Assembly: GCA_016235455.1 (NCBI GenBank)
Contig: JACRKZ010000063.1
Coordinates: forward strand, 1-41,785
Direction: 5' to 3'
DNA: 41,785 bases
Origin: Armatimonadota bacterium
GTDB taxonomy: Bacteria > Armatimonadota > UBA10988
The notes under the pieces were generated by a model. It was not told where the DNA came from and did not search any database. It worked only from the letters and a program-made list of their open reading frames with translations. A program made the translations under genes and the position numbers. Of the stretch, positions 20,470 to 29,841 are shown in pieces; the stretch's first letter is position 1; every line of letters begins with the position of its first letter.

Positions 20470-23400
20470 CTACTCCACGTTGACCGCGCCCCACTTGGCC
20501 GGCTGCAGCCGCGCCTCGCTGGGCAGGTCGTTGACGATGGCGGTGTCCTGGTTGAACCAGTAGGAACGCAACGCGTTGCGGCTGCCGCCGGCATCGGAGA
20601 AGATGACGCCGACGTCGCCCCGCAGCTTCTGCCCGGCGGCCAGCGTCAGGCCCAGCTCGGCCAGCGGCACCGTGGCCTCCAGCCGATAGCCGGCGGCCTC
20701 GCGGGTCAGCGTGACTTTGGCGCCGGCCAGCCGGGCCACACGCGCGAACGACTCCGAGCCGGTGGGCGAGCTGAACTCGCGCCTGGCCTCGGCCAGGCCC
20801 GGCGGCGTCTTGGGCTGATAGACCACCGCTACCGGTGTGCCGTCGAGCACGCTGAACAGCAGCCGCAGCGGCGCTGAGCCGTCGCCCTGGGCCAGCATCA
20901 TGTCGGCCGCGTCGCCGGTCTTGAAGAGCAGAGCGTCGTCGCGCCCGGCATTGGCCAGGGGGGAGTCGTCGCGCACGTCGAAACGCACATGCAGGCTGGT
21001 CGCATCGTAGGCCAGCGCCACCTTGTAGCTCCGCCGGCCGTCGACCTCCACGCTGACCTGCCGGGTCTCGTCCCACGTCGCGCCGCGCCGGGCGATGGCC
21101 AGCGGCGCGCGCGCGGCGGTCGCCTGGCGGGCACGCGCGGCAGCCACCGCCAGTTCGTGGTCAGCGGCGGTCAGCGTCAGCGGCTGCTGAGCGCGGGCGA
21201 TGGTGTCCAGCCCGGTGATCTCCCAGCAGCGCGCATCGGTGTCGCCGGCCATCAGGTAGACCTTGCCGTCGTTTCTGTTGCGGAAGAACCAGCCGCTGAA
21301 GTTCTCGGGCCAGACGGTGCCAGCATCGGCCTTCGGGCCGTAGCGGTTGTCGTGGCAGAGCGCGCCGATCCACAGCCCGTCGTGCGCGAGCAGGTTGAAC
21401 TGGCCGGGGTAGCCATTCACGGCCACCACCTCCAACCCCGAGGCCAGCGTGGCGCGGCCGATGAACTTCATCGCCCCGATGACCATGCCCGGCCGATAGA
21501 GCGGTGCCTCCAGGGCGAAGTCGGTCCATACGCGGCGATAGGCCCATCGGCGCGTCCCGTCCACGCCGTACAGCGAGACGGCCATCCATTCGGCGCCGGC
21601 CGCCGTCTGCTCGTTGCCGCCGCGGCGTTCGAGCACATAGACGCCGTCGCTCGCGGGCATGGCGTGCACGCAGTTGCCCAGCGTGGCCAGCAGCGGCTTC
21701 TGTGCCGCCGGCGCGGGATAGACTGGCGCGCCATTGGCCAGCCATGATTCGGGCGCCAGGCGCCACGCGCCCGAGGCCGCCCCAGGGAACCACAGGGTCA
21801 GGTCGTCCTCCACCCAGGGTCCCCAGTAGCCGTGATAGACCTGCGGCGCCTTGGCGGCGAGCATCTCGTCGGCCTGCACCTGGCCATCGCCGTTGGTGTC
21901 GGCCCAGCGGAACAGGCTGCCGAAGCGCTCGCGCTCATAGAGCGGCCTCTGCTCGGGGCTGAACCACTCGGGCTGGAAGCCGTACAGCGGCGCATCCTTC
22001 AGATAGCCCACCGCCGCCACCGGCTGCGCGGTCAGGTCGGCTCGGAGCAGGTACACGATGGCGATGCCATGGCCGGGCCAGACCAGATAGTCGCGGCCAC
22101 CGGCGTGGGCGAAGCGCAGCGACCGGCCCATGAACCCGCCGAACGGCTGGATCTGGCCCGCGCCGGCGCGCACCAGCGTGGCCAGGCAGCGGCTGGCGCC
22201 GGTGGCGTAGTCCAGGTCGTAGAGCACGTTGTGCGTCGTCACCCAACCGGGGCGCGCCGGGTCGGCGGCGGATTCCACGGCATAGGCGCCAGGTCCGTGG
22301 AGGTCGGCCAGCAGCTTGCCGTCGCTCGACCAGACGCTGACCCGCTTGGGGGTGAAGTCCTGCTCGGTGACCCACAGCTTGCCGTCGCTGTCGGCGCACA
22401 GGCCCGCGGGCTGATAGAGGCCCAGCGGCTCGTAGCGACCCAGGCCGGGCCGGCCGCCGGGCTTACCGATGACGGCCAGCGGCGCGCCCTTGGCGTCGAA
22501 CACACGCACCGTCTGCGCCCGGCCGCGCTCGCTGACCAGGATGCGCCCGGCGGCGTCGATGGCCACCGAATGCGGCTCGGCCAGCCCGTCAGCCAGCTTG
22601 GCCGTCTGGCCGGTCTCGGGGTCGAGACGCAGCAGCGAGCCGCCACTGGTGGCGATCAGCGCGCCGGATGCGTCGAGCGCCAGACCGTGGGGTTGGGCCA
22701 ACGCGAACTCGCGCCCGCGTTGGCCGGTCTTCCAGTCCAGGCAGACGATCTTGTCCTCGCGGGCCAGCGCGCAGTACAGCCGGTCGCCGCGCACGGCGAT
22801 GGCGGTCAGGTTGGTCGCCTCGGACTTACCGGGCTCGTAGTCACTGACCACCAGGCAGCGCTTGCCAAACGGGAAGTTGAGCGGCTTGCCGCTGGCGCCT
22901 TCCCACAGCACCACGCCGCAGGTGTTCCGGCCGCCTTCGCCCTGTCCCCAGCGGCGGCCGTCCTGGGCCACGAACAGCCGCTCGCCGTCGCTGGCCATGG
23001 CCTGGCACAACATGCCGATCTCGAGCACCGTCTGCTGGCCCCACAGCTTCCTGGGGCGGCCGGCGTTGAGCTTCGTCTCGACCGCGACGATGGCGGTGCC
23101 GGCCTCGGACAGCTCCCAACCCAGGTAGACGCGCTTGGCATCGGCGCAGGCGGCGATGGGCGCGCCATGGTCGCCGCCCCAGGCGCCGCGGCCGTCGTCG
23201 GTGCGCCACGGCGGATCGCCGGCGTTGTGCAGCGAGCCAACCCAGCGCTGGCCCAGCCCGCGGTGCGACAGCAGCTTCAGCGCGTAGGAGCCCGCAGGCA
23301 AGGGCCGGCCGTCATCGTCCAGGCCGTCCCAGGCCACGGTCAGCGGCGACTGACCGCCCGGCTGCGCCGGCAGCGTGCGCACCAGCGCGCCATCGGCGCC

Positions 23401-24252
23401 GAACACGCCCAGGCTGACGGACGCGGCGCGCGGGTCCGGCAGCGTCAAGCTCAGCCGGAGCGGTTCGGCCACCTCGCCGGCACTGCGTGGCCGTTCCGTC
23501 GGCTTCAGGTGGCCGGTCGGCGACAGGAGGCACTGGCCCCACACGCTCGCCGTCTGGAAGGCGAAGCCCGCGCCACGCACGACCTCGTAGTAGGTGGTGA
23601 CCTGCTTCCAGCCGGCCGCATCGCCCCACAGCGGCTGCAAGGTGAAGGCCAAGCGGCTGCCGGCCTTCGGCGGGGCCGCCGCCTTCAGCACCGACCAGGG
23701 GATGCGTGCCTCGATGGTGTAGCCGGCGCCGTCGTCGTCGGTGCGGAAGACCGTCCCCGTGGCGGCGCCGGTCAAGGCCGTCGCGCCGTGGTGGTCCATG
23801 CCCCAGTCGAGCTTGAGCACCGGCAGGCGCCGATCGGTGTAGTACCACAGGTCGAGGTGCACAAACTCGTCGCCGTTGCCATCGACGGCGGGGAACGGCG
23901 CGGCGGGGTTGGTGCCGAGCCGCATCTGCAGGCAGTCGCCGTCCCAGCCGCGGTTGATCTCCACCGCCGGGTCGTGCCGGTTGCGCAGGGGTGTCTCGTC
24001 CACCAGATGCGCGCCCAGGTAGAGCGCGCCAGCGTCATACATGAGCGCGAATCGGCCCGAGAAGCGCGGTCGCAGCGCATCGTCATAGGCCGAGTCGATG
24101 GCGCCCGACAGATCCCAGTCCTTGAGGCTGCCGTCGACGGTGATGCGGCCGGGCACGGGCACGGCCACGATCTGGTCGTGACGCTGCTTCTGGGCCAGGC
24201 AGGCCGAGCAGCAGGTCAGCAGCACAAGCAGGGGCAGCAGGGCACGTCGCAT
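20470..24252 (-). CDS. Large secreted protein: CBM9/DOMON-like sugar-binding domains, FlgD Ig-like domain and NHL beta-propeller
   Basis: Signal peptide. ITVDGSLKDW...MYDAGALY (CBM9-like); VFGADGALVRTL...WDGLDDDGRPLPAGSY (FlgD Ig); NHL repeats; C-terminal AYDATSLHVRFDVRDDSP...YRLEATVPL. Confidence 0.75.
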   Translation of the reverse strand: MRRALLPLLVLLTCCSACLAQKQRHDQIVAVPVPGRITVDGSLKDWDLSGAIDSAYDDALRPRFSGRFALMYDAGALYLGAHLVDETPLRNRHDPAVEINRGWDGDCLQMRLGTNPAAPFPAVDGNGDEFVHLDLWYYTDRRLPVLKLDWGMDHHGATALTGAATGTVFRTDDDGAGYTIEARIPWSVLKAAAPPKAGSRLAFTLQPLWGDAAGWKQVTTYYEVVRGAGFAFQTASVWGQCLLSPTGHLKPTERPRSAGEVAEPLRLSLTLPDPRAASVSLGVFGADGALVRTLPAQPGGQSPLTVAWDGLDDDGRPLPAGSYALKLLSHRGLGQRWVGSLHNAGDPPWRTDDGRGAWGGDHGAPIAACADAKRVYLGWELSEAGTAIVAVETKLNAGRPRKLWGQQTVLEIGMLCQAMASDGERLFVAQDGRRWGQGEGGRNTCGVVLWEGASGKPLNFPFGKRCLVVSDYEPGKSEATNLTAIAVRGDRLYCALAREDKIVCLDWKTGQRGREFALAQPHGLALDASGALIATSGGSLLRLDPETGQTAKLADGLAEPHSVAIDAAGRILVSERGRAQTVRVFDAKGAPLAVIGKPGGRPGLGRYEPLGLYQPAGLCADSDGKLWVTEQDFTPKRVSVWSSDGKLLADLHGPGAYAVESAADPARPGWVTTHNVLYDLDYATGASRCLATLVRAGAGQIQPFGGFMGRSLRFAHAGGRDYLVWPGHGIAIVYLLRADLTAQPVAAVGYLKDAPLYGFQPEWFSPEQRPLYERERFGSLFRWADTNGDGQVQADEMLAAKAPQVYHGYWGPWVEDDLTLWFPGAASGAWRLAPESWLANGAPVYPAPAAQKPLLATLGNCVHAMPASDGVYVLERRGGNEQTAAGAEWMAVSLYGVDGTRRWAYRRVWTDFALEAPLYRPGMVIGAMKFIGRATLASGLEVVAVNGYPGQFNLLAHDGLWIGALCHDNRYGPKADAGTVWPENFSGWFFRNRNDGKVYLMAGDTDARCWEITGLDTIARAQQPLTLTAADHELAVAAARARQATAARAPLAIARRGATWDETRQVSVEVDGRRSYKVALAYDATSLHVRFDVRDDSPLANAGRDDALLFKTGDAADMMLAQGDGSAPLRLLFSVLDGTPVAVVYQPKTPPGLAEARREFSSPTGSESFARVARLAGAKVTLTREAAGYRLEATVPLAELGLTLAAGQKLRGDVGVIFSDAGGSRNALRSYWFNQDTAIVNDLPSEARLQPAKWGAVNVE

Positions 24253-24307
24253 GGTGGGCCTCCAGCAACGCGCTGGGTCTTCGCCGGTGCGACGGCGCAT
24301 CCTTCGG

Positions 24308-25489
24308 TCAGGTCAGGGCCGGCACCGTGACGCGATATACCGCGCGCCGCCCCGTGGTGTCCGAGGTGAAGCAGATCGATTCGCCGGCGTGGGTGAAGAT
24401 GGGATGCGGATGGGCGTCCTGCGAGCCCCAACTCGACCCGTGGCGGCACAGCGGGTGCCAGTCGATGCGACCGGTAGTCCAGTCGACGTGCAGCGCGCTG
24501 ATCCAGGCGCCAGCCCAGCCGGCCGTGTCGTCGTCGACATAGCAGCCGTCGGTGCACAGCCAGCCGGGCCGGCCGACGCCGAAGTGGCCGTAGCGGGTCC
24601 AGGTCTCCGGCAATGCGATCTCCGTCAGGCCGCTGCCGTCGGGGAGCACGCGGCCTACGTAGTTGCGCCCGTCGGCAAACCCACCGTGGTAGATGATGGC
24701 CGAGCCATCGCGTTCCCACATCTCGTGGCAGGTCCAGTCGTCTCGGCGGCGGCCTTCGCCCTCGGTGCGCAGGCGCAGGTGCCGTTGGCCGTCCCACAGC
24801 CACATGCGCCGGATGCCGCAGTCGGCTGACCATTCGTGGTTGTACAAGATGAGGTCGGCATCGGCGGGCGAGAACTGCACGTGCGTGACCCAGGCGTGCG
24901 GCACTCGCTCACACAGTCGTTCCGCGCCGGTCGCCGTGTCGTAGACGCGCAGGTAGGAGCTGAGCCCTTCGGCCAGCACGCGGGCGTCGATGTCGTAGTC
25001 GGGCCGGCCGCTCAGGCGCGTGTTGCCGTCCAGCGCGCGGGCGTCGGTGGTGGGCACGCAGAGGCGCTGTCCATCGGCCGAGACATGCGTGAAGGCGGTC
25101 ATCTGGCCGGCCGGCAACTCGGCCAGCGTGCGCGTGCGGCCGCTGGTGTCGGCCACGCGGACCTCGCGCCCTTGGAGGTAGTAGACCAGCCCGCGGGGCG
25201 CGTCGACGCTGACGCTGGCCAGGCCCAGCCCGCGGTACGGCTGGCCGTCGAAGTAGACGTAGGACTTGAGGAAGCCGTCGGCGTTGTTCGTCAGGGGCTG
25301 CTGCTCACCGCTGACCACATCGCGCAGCCAGACATTGGGCTGACCGCCGCGGTCGCTGATCAGCACCAGGCGCCGGTCATCGGCCAGCAGACTGGTCGAC
25401 GTGAAGTAGACCAACTGCTCATTGGCGCCACCGGCGGTGAGGCGCTTGGGCTCGACCGGCGTGGGCAGGACGGTGACGTTGGTCTTCAT
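24308..25489 (-). CDS. Oligogalacturonate lyase (PL22)-like beta-propeller protein
   Basis: YFTSTSL, ISDRGGQPN, THVQFSP...ILYNHE, CHEMW.RDG..IIYH, HPHPIFT...FTSD. Confidence 0.7.
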   Translation of the reverse strand: MKTNVTVLPTPVEPKRLTAGGANEQLVYFTSTSLLADDRRLVLISDRGGQPNVWLRDVVSGEQQPLTNNADGFLKSYVYFDGQPYRGLGLASVSVDAPRGLVYYLQGREVRVADTSGRTRTLAELPAGQMTAFTHVSADGQRLCVPTTDARALDGNTRLSGRPDYDIDARVLAEGLSSYLRVYDTATGAERLCERVPHAWVTHVQFSPADADLILYNHEWSADCGIRRMWLWDGQRHLRLRTEGEGRRRDDWTCHEMWERDGSAIIYHGGFADGRNYVGRVLPDGSGLTEIALPETWTRYGHFGVGRPGWLCTDGCYVDDDTAGWAGAWISALHVDWTTGRIDWHPLCRHGSSWGSQDAHPHPIFTHAGESICFTSDTTGRRAVYRVTVPALT

Positions 25490-25498
25490 GGCTGCAGT

Positions 25499-26365
25499 CT
25501 ACATGATCTGGCCCTGGATGGCGCCCGCCGCCGGGTCGGTGGTGTGCACGTCGAGGTAGGCGCGGCCGCAGATCAGCGCGCTGAAGGCATCGTCCAGGTC
25601 GTCGATGCCCAGGCTCGTCTGGCTGGCGAACTCGGCTGGGCCGATGGTCTGGTCGAGCGGGCTGGGCAGCGGGCCGGCACCGGTCCGCCAGATGCGCAGG
25701 ATGACCGGGCCCGCCACGCCGACGGTGCCGGCGTGGATGTCGACGGCGGTGACCGCGGACGTGGTCAGCCCGGTGGTCGTGAGTTGCACGCGCAGTCGGG
25801 TCTGCTGGGCGTTGAGGGTGAGCGTGGCCTGACCGGAGGGTCCCGTCTGGCGCCCGGCCGGCACGCCGAGAGCCACGCTGAACACCTGAGCCCCGAGTTG
25901 CGCGCGCACATGACCGTCGGGATGGGTGTCGGTGTTGACCGACAGGTAGCAACGGCCCGCGTCCATGGCGGCAAAGGCTTCGGCCAGGGTGGTCACGTCG
26001 CCGCCGGCGGTGAAGTTGCTCGCGCTGGCCGTGTACTGCCACGGGTTGATGCCCGGCCCGCTGGGCGGCGGGTACAGCGCAAACAGCAGCGGGCCGGGCG
26101 CGCCGCGCCCGCCGAGCCGGATCTGCACCGCCGAGGCCGTGGTGCCCAGTCCGGTGAGGGTCGGGGTCACCAGGCGTTGTGTGGCGCCGAGGCTGGCCAC
26201 GGTCACGCGGCCCTTGGCGGCGCTGATGGCCGGTGTCGGCGCCACCTGGCCCGCGCGCAGAATGCCCGCCAGTTGCCCCGCGGTGTCGGTGACCGAGCCA
26301 CAGGCGGTCAGCCAGGCGGCGGCCAGCAGCACGGTGAGCGGTACGGCGCAGCGGCAAACACGCAT
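25499..26365 (-). CDS. Lipoprotein with two CHRD domains
   Basis: Lipobox WLTAC. YLSVNTDTHPDGHVRAQL and IHAGTVGVAGPV...YLDVHTTDPAAGAIQGQI. Confidence 0.8.
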   Translation of the reverse strand: MRVCRCAVPLTVLLAAAWLTACGSVTDTAGQLAGILRAGQVAPTPAISAAKGRVTVASLGATQRLVTPTLTGLGTTASAVQIRLGGRGAPGPLLFALYPPPSGPGINPWQYTASASNFTAGGDVTTLAEAFAAMDAGRCYLSVNTDTHPDGHVRAQLGAQVFSVALGVPAGRQTGPSGQATLTLNAQQTRLRVQLTTTGLTTSAVTAVDIHAGTVGVAGPVILRIWRTGAGPLPSPLDQTIGPAEFASQTSLGIDDLDDAFSALICGRAYLDVHTTDPAAGAIQGQIM

Positions 26366-26452
26366 GTCGATTCCCCTATACCTGTACGCCGCTGACTTGG
26401 TTCGCGACGAGGCTGGCCGGTCCTCCTCGAGAACGCTATGCCTGCTGTGCGC

Positions 26453-26900
26453 TCAGCCGCCCGTACCGGCCTCCCATCCGACGTCGCCCGCGTCGAACGG
26501 CTGCGCCAGGCGTACCACGGTGTCTGTGGCGCGGGTGCTGGTGACCGTCATCTCAATCGTCGCGCGCCAGCGGCCGTTGCCAGCGCGGTTGACGCCCCAC
26601 CAGCGGCACGCGACGCGCAGGTCGAACCCGGTGCCCCGAGTCAGGTCGGCCCGCTCCTCGGGCGACAGCATCTTCAGTTCGCCCGCGTCCACGTAGTGCA
26701 GCCGGTGCTGGGCATCGCGCTCGAAGGCGCGCAGCGTGCCCGCGGGCAGGGCCAGGCCCAGGCCGGAGTCGCGGTTGTTACGCAATGCCAGGGCCAGCGT
26801 GGCGCGCGGAGTTCGCGTTGGCACGAGTGTCCACGGGCCCAGCAGCGGCGCGGTGTAGCCGAAGTCGCGCACCACCTTGGCCCGCTCGGCGCTGACCGTC
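26453..26900 (-). pseudogene. DUF4139-like gene remnant
   Basis: LRNNRDSGLGLALPAGTLRAFERD...LTRGTGFDL resembles the DUF4139 C-terminal region. No RBS or N-terminal part; the frame begins at the end of the phyH-like gene. Confidence 0.5.
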
Positions 26901-27810
26901 AGTCGCTCGGCTTCGTGCCGGCCGCGCCCAGCTCGGGGTAGTGCGCCTCGGTTCGTGTGCGCACCTGTTCATACTGGATGAGCGCCGGCTCGGCCTGGTT
27001 CAGCGGCACCGGCTGGCCGTTGCGGAAGGTCCACTCGCCGCGGTCGCAGTTGGCCGCCAGCACGTAACCGTTGATGTACAGCCGGCGGTAGCTGTCGGGA
27101 GTGGTGTTGAGGCCGCCGCCGTGGATCGTATACGGCCCCCACAGCGCCAGGTCGCCCGGCTCCATGGCCACATCGATCAGGCCAGACAGGTCGAGTCCGG
27201 CCTTGGCCCAGCCGGACTCGCCCGTGTCGCCGCGCGCCCCGCCATGGTCGTTCAGGTCCAGGCGGCCTTGCCTGTGGCTGCGCGGCAGGATCTGCATGGC
27301 GCCATTGCCCGACCAATGCCGGTCCACCGCCAGGCCGGTCTGGACATAGCTGCTGCCCAGCTCGCGGAACGCCTCATCGGGCTTGCGGCTGCGAACGTCG
27401 CGGTGCAGGCCCCAGGTGATGTTCGAGCCCGGCGCCTTCCAGTGCAGCTGGTTGATGATCTGCTTGATGTCGCCGCCGATGAGCGGCCCGAGGATGCGCA
27501 ACATGCGCGGATCGGTGCGCACGGCGTCCAGCGTGTCGTCCTCGTAACTCGGCCATTGCATGCCGCGGACGATCTGGCCTACGCCTTCCGCCTGCTCGAC
27601 CCAGATAGTCTTGTTCTGGTGCCGGAAGGTGCTCGGATGCCTCATGCCCTCGGCGTACCAGCGGTCGAAGCGCCGGCCGATGCGGTCGATCTCGTCCGGC
27701 TCGAAGACTCCGGCCAGGATCACATAGCCCAGCTCCCAGTAGGCCTCGATCCAGCCTGGGTCGGTGTCCAGAGCGGCGAACTCGTAGCGGCTGCGTACTG
27801 TGTCGGCCAT
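26899..27810 (-). CDS. Phytanoyl-CoA dioxygenase (PhyH) family Fe(II)/2OG oxygenase
   Basis: YWELGYVIL, KAPG...LHRD (HxD), NGAMQILPRSH, MEPGD...TIHGG..N...RR. Confidence 0.88.
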   Translation of the reverse strand: MADTVRSRYEFAALDTDPGWIEAYWELGYVILAGVFEPDEIDRIGRRFDRWYAEGMRHPSTFRHQNKTIWVEQAEGVGQIVRGMQWPSYEDDTLDAVRTDPRMLRILGPLIGGDIKQIINQLHWKAPGSNITWGLHRDVRSRKPDEAFRELGSSYVQTGLAVDRHWSGNGAMQILPRSHRQGRLDLNDHGGARGDTGESGWAKAGLDLSGLIDVAMEPGDLALWGPYTIHGGGLNTTPDSYRRLYINGYVLAANCDRGEWTFRNGQPVPLNQAEPALIQYEQVRTRTEAHYPELGAAGTKPSD

Positions 27811-27902
27811 GGCGGCACTGCTCCCGAATCCGATGGTGACACTGTCGGCTGTGGCTGTAACCAGGGACAGGAGCGGCCTCGCCCGTGGCGAACGGTAGCC
27901 GC

Positions 27903-28709
27903 ATGAACGCGATCCGACCCAACCGAGGCGTCTTCTGGCTGCTGAGCCTGTACCTGCTGGCCCAGGCCGCGCTGGCCGCCCCGGCTCCGCCCGAGCGAGC
28001 GCAGGTCGGTCCGCGCGTGGCCCTCACCGACCGTGCCGGCGGCAAGGTCCCGCCCGGCGTCTACGCGGCGGCGCGCTTCGGCGGCCCGGTGGAGCTCGAG
28101 ACGACGGGTCGCTATGAGTTCACCGATTGCCAGGTGTCGTTCAACACGGTCTGGATGGCGCCGGCCCGCACGGTGCTGCTCGACCATTGCCAGACCGGCG
28201 GCATCTATTTAGCCGAGGGGGGCCAACTGGGCTGGACTCTGCGGTTCTGCTACATGCTGGGCGGCAACCAAGGGCTGCGCCCGTCCACTGGGCGCGACGG
28301 CTGGGACGTCAAGACGCCGACGCCGTTCGTCGTGGAGGATTGCATCGTCGAGATCAGTTCGCTGGGCACGCCCACGGCGCATGTCGAGGCCATGCAGACG
28401 CTGGGCGGCAACAACCTGCGGTTCCGCCGTGTGCGGTTCATCACGCACGGTCCCAAGACCGATGGCGTCACGGGCCAGACGGCCGTCATCAACGTCATCG
28501 CCGGGCATTCGCTGTTCGAGGACTGCGAGTTCGCCGAGGCCGGCGCCTACTACTACACGGTCTACTGCGACGGCCCCGAGAACGTCTTCGTCCGCTGCCG
28601 CTTCGGTCGCGGCGCGGCGTCCTATCTCTATCCAACGACGGGCACGCGGATCGCGCCCATCCTGTTCGACTGCACTGACCTGCAGACCGGGGCGCCCGTG
28701 GGTCCGTAG
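27903..28709 (+). CDS. Secreted hypothetical protein, probable right-handed beta-helix
   Basis: Signal-like N-terminus. Recurrent F.DC.F / F.RC.F strands (FTDCQV, VEDCIV, FEDCEF, FVRCRF). Confidence 0.6.
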   Translation: MNAIRPNRGVFWLLSLYLLAQAALAAPAPPERAQVGPRVALTDRAGGKVPPGVYAAARFGGPVELETTGRYEFTDCQVSFNTVWMAPARTVLLDHCQTGGIYLAEGGQLGWTLRFCYMLGGNQGLRPSTGRDGWDVKTPTPFVVEDCIVEISSLGTPTAHVEAMQTLGGNNLRFRRVRFITHGPKTDGVTGQTAVINVIAGHSLFEDCEFAEAGAYYYTVYCDGPENVFVRCRFGRGAASYLYPTTGTRIAPILFDCTDLQTGAPVGP

Positions 28710-28725
28710 GCGCCGCCGACCAGCC

Positions 28726-29403
28726 CTACCAGAGCGGCCCGACCAGGCCGGTGAGACCGCGGGTGGTGGGGGCCGGCGTGACCCACGGCTTGTTGGCCAC
28801 GCGGTCCCAGCCCGACACCTGCCAGGTACCCACCGTGCTGCCCGAGACTTTGCGGTAGGCCAACTGGACCTTGTAGTACCAGAGCGAGACCTTCTCCACG
28901 ATGTTGCCCGACTCGATGGTCTGGCTCCAGCCCGCGACGATCGGCCTGTCCAGCAGGATCTGCATCGAGTCCACCGAGGCGTTGGTCGGGCGGATGGCGA
29001 TGCGCGCCTGCGAGCCGATAGTTCCGGCGCCGGCCGCCTTGACCATGAGGCCCGTGCTCGACGAGTCGATGCCCTTGGTCAGGTCGATGGGGCCGACCTC
29101 GGCCACGCCTGTGAAGATGTCCGTGGTGCCAGCCTGGGCCGACTCCTTGAATTCGCGGATCAGTTTCCAGTCGACCGACGTGACATCGATCCAGTTCTGG
29201 TGCGCGCTGTCCGTCGACTCGCCCGTGAGTGCCGCGTCGGCCGGGGTGAACTGCAACCAGGCGTTGACCGCCTGACCGCCGGACACGAAGTCGTTCAGCC
29301 CATCCGTCGCGCCGGTGTTGGTCGCCGTGCTGCCACCGCAGCCACAGGCCAGCAGGCCCGCGGCCAGCGAGAACAGGCACAGCAGCAGTCGTCGTGTGTA
29401 CAT
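28726..29403 (-). CDS. hcp: Hcp (T6SS tube, TssD) family protein with lipoprotein signal peptide
   Basis: GESTDSAHQNWIDVTSVDW, LTKGIDSSSTGL, EKVSLWYYKVQLAY, GWDRVANK. N-terminal MYTRRLLLCLFSLAAGLLACGC; GGGAGGG RBS. Confidence 0.82.
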   Translation of the reverse strand: MYTRRLLLCLFSLAAGLLACGCGGSTATNTGATDGLNDFVSGGQAVNAWLQFTPADAALTGESTDSAHQNWIDVTSVDWKLIREFKESAQAGTTDIFTGVAEVGPIDLTKGIDSSSTGLMVKAAGAGTIGSQARIAIRPTNASVDSMQILLDRPIVAGWSQTIESGNIVEKVSLWYYKVQLAYRKVSGSTVGTWQVSGWDRVANKPWVTPAPTTRGLTGLVGPLW

Positions 29404-29502
29404 TGCATCCCTCCCAGTGCCCACACGCCGTCGTGTGGCGTGTCGGGTCGTGATCGCTCAGCGGCGGGCGTGGCCCGCGGCCGAGTCGATCCCATGCGAC
29501 AG

Positions 29503-29531
29503 AGCTTGCACCGGCCGCGTCGGTGTGTCAA
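29503..29531 (-). promoter_or_regulatory. Putative sigma70 promoter for hcp
   Basis: Minus strand TTGACA (29531-29526), 17 nt, CAAGCT (29508-29503). Confidence 0.5.
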
Positions 29532-29841
29532 TCGCGCAACGCGCGGCGTGCCGCGGCCACTGGGCCTGCGCTGTGCCGCGTTGGCGCCGTGGATCCGGCT
29601 CCCGGCGCAACCAGCGCGCCACGCGCTCGGCCAACCACAGGGCCGTGGCTCACACGACGCCGAACGCGCCGAGCCGCAGCCCGGCCAGCGCGGCTGTCGT
29701 GATCCAGGCTCCGGCCATGCGTCGGGCGATCACTGCTTCCACCGGGAGTATGGCACGACGATCCGCGCCAGGCCAGACGACGGGCCTCGGCGAGAGGAGC
29801 GCCGGCAGGTCCGCCGAACCTTGCATCAAAGGCCACGCCCC

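Noticed and set aside
21832-24330. 832-aa plus-strand ORF and other long antisense ORFs (e.g. 39..1247, 18663..20192, 24836..26395)
   Set aside because: Shadow frames of real genes on the opposite strand, expected at high GC. No recognisable motifs.
28726-29403. A type VI secretion gene cluster
   Set aside because: No tssB/C, vgrG, clpV or membrane-complex genes in the window.
29530-29742. Small minus-strand membrane ORF possibly interrupted by TGA at 29652-29650 (GVV*ATALWLAERVARW)
   Set aside because: Plausible TGG-to-TGA pseudogene but too short, with no recognisable homology and a weak start context.
28381-29841. N-terminal ~490 aa of the 1196-aa ORF
   Set aside because: Overlaps the beta-helix gene out of frame and hcp antisense. 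The sulfatase starts at the Tat signal at 29842.
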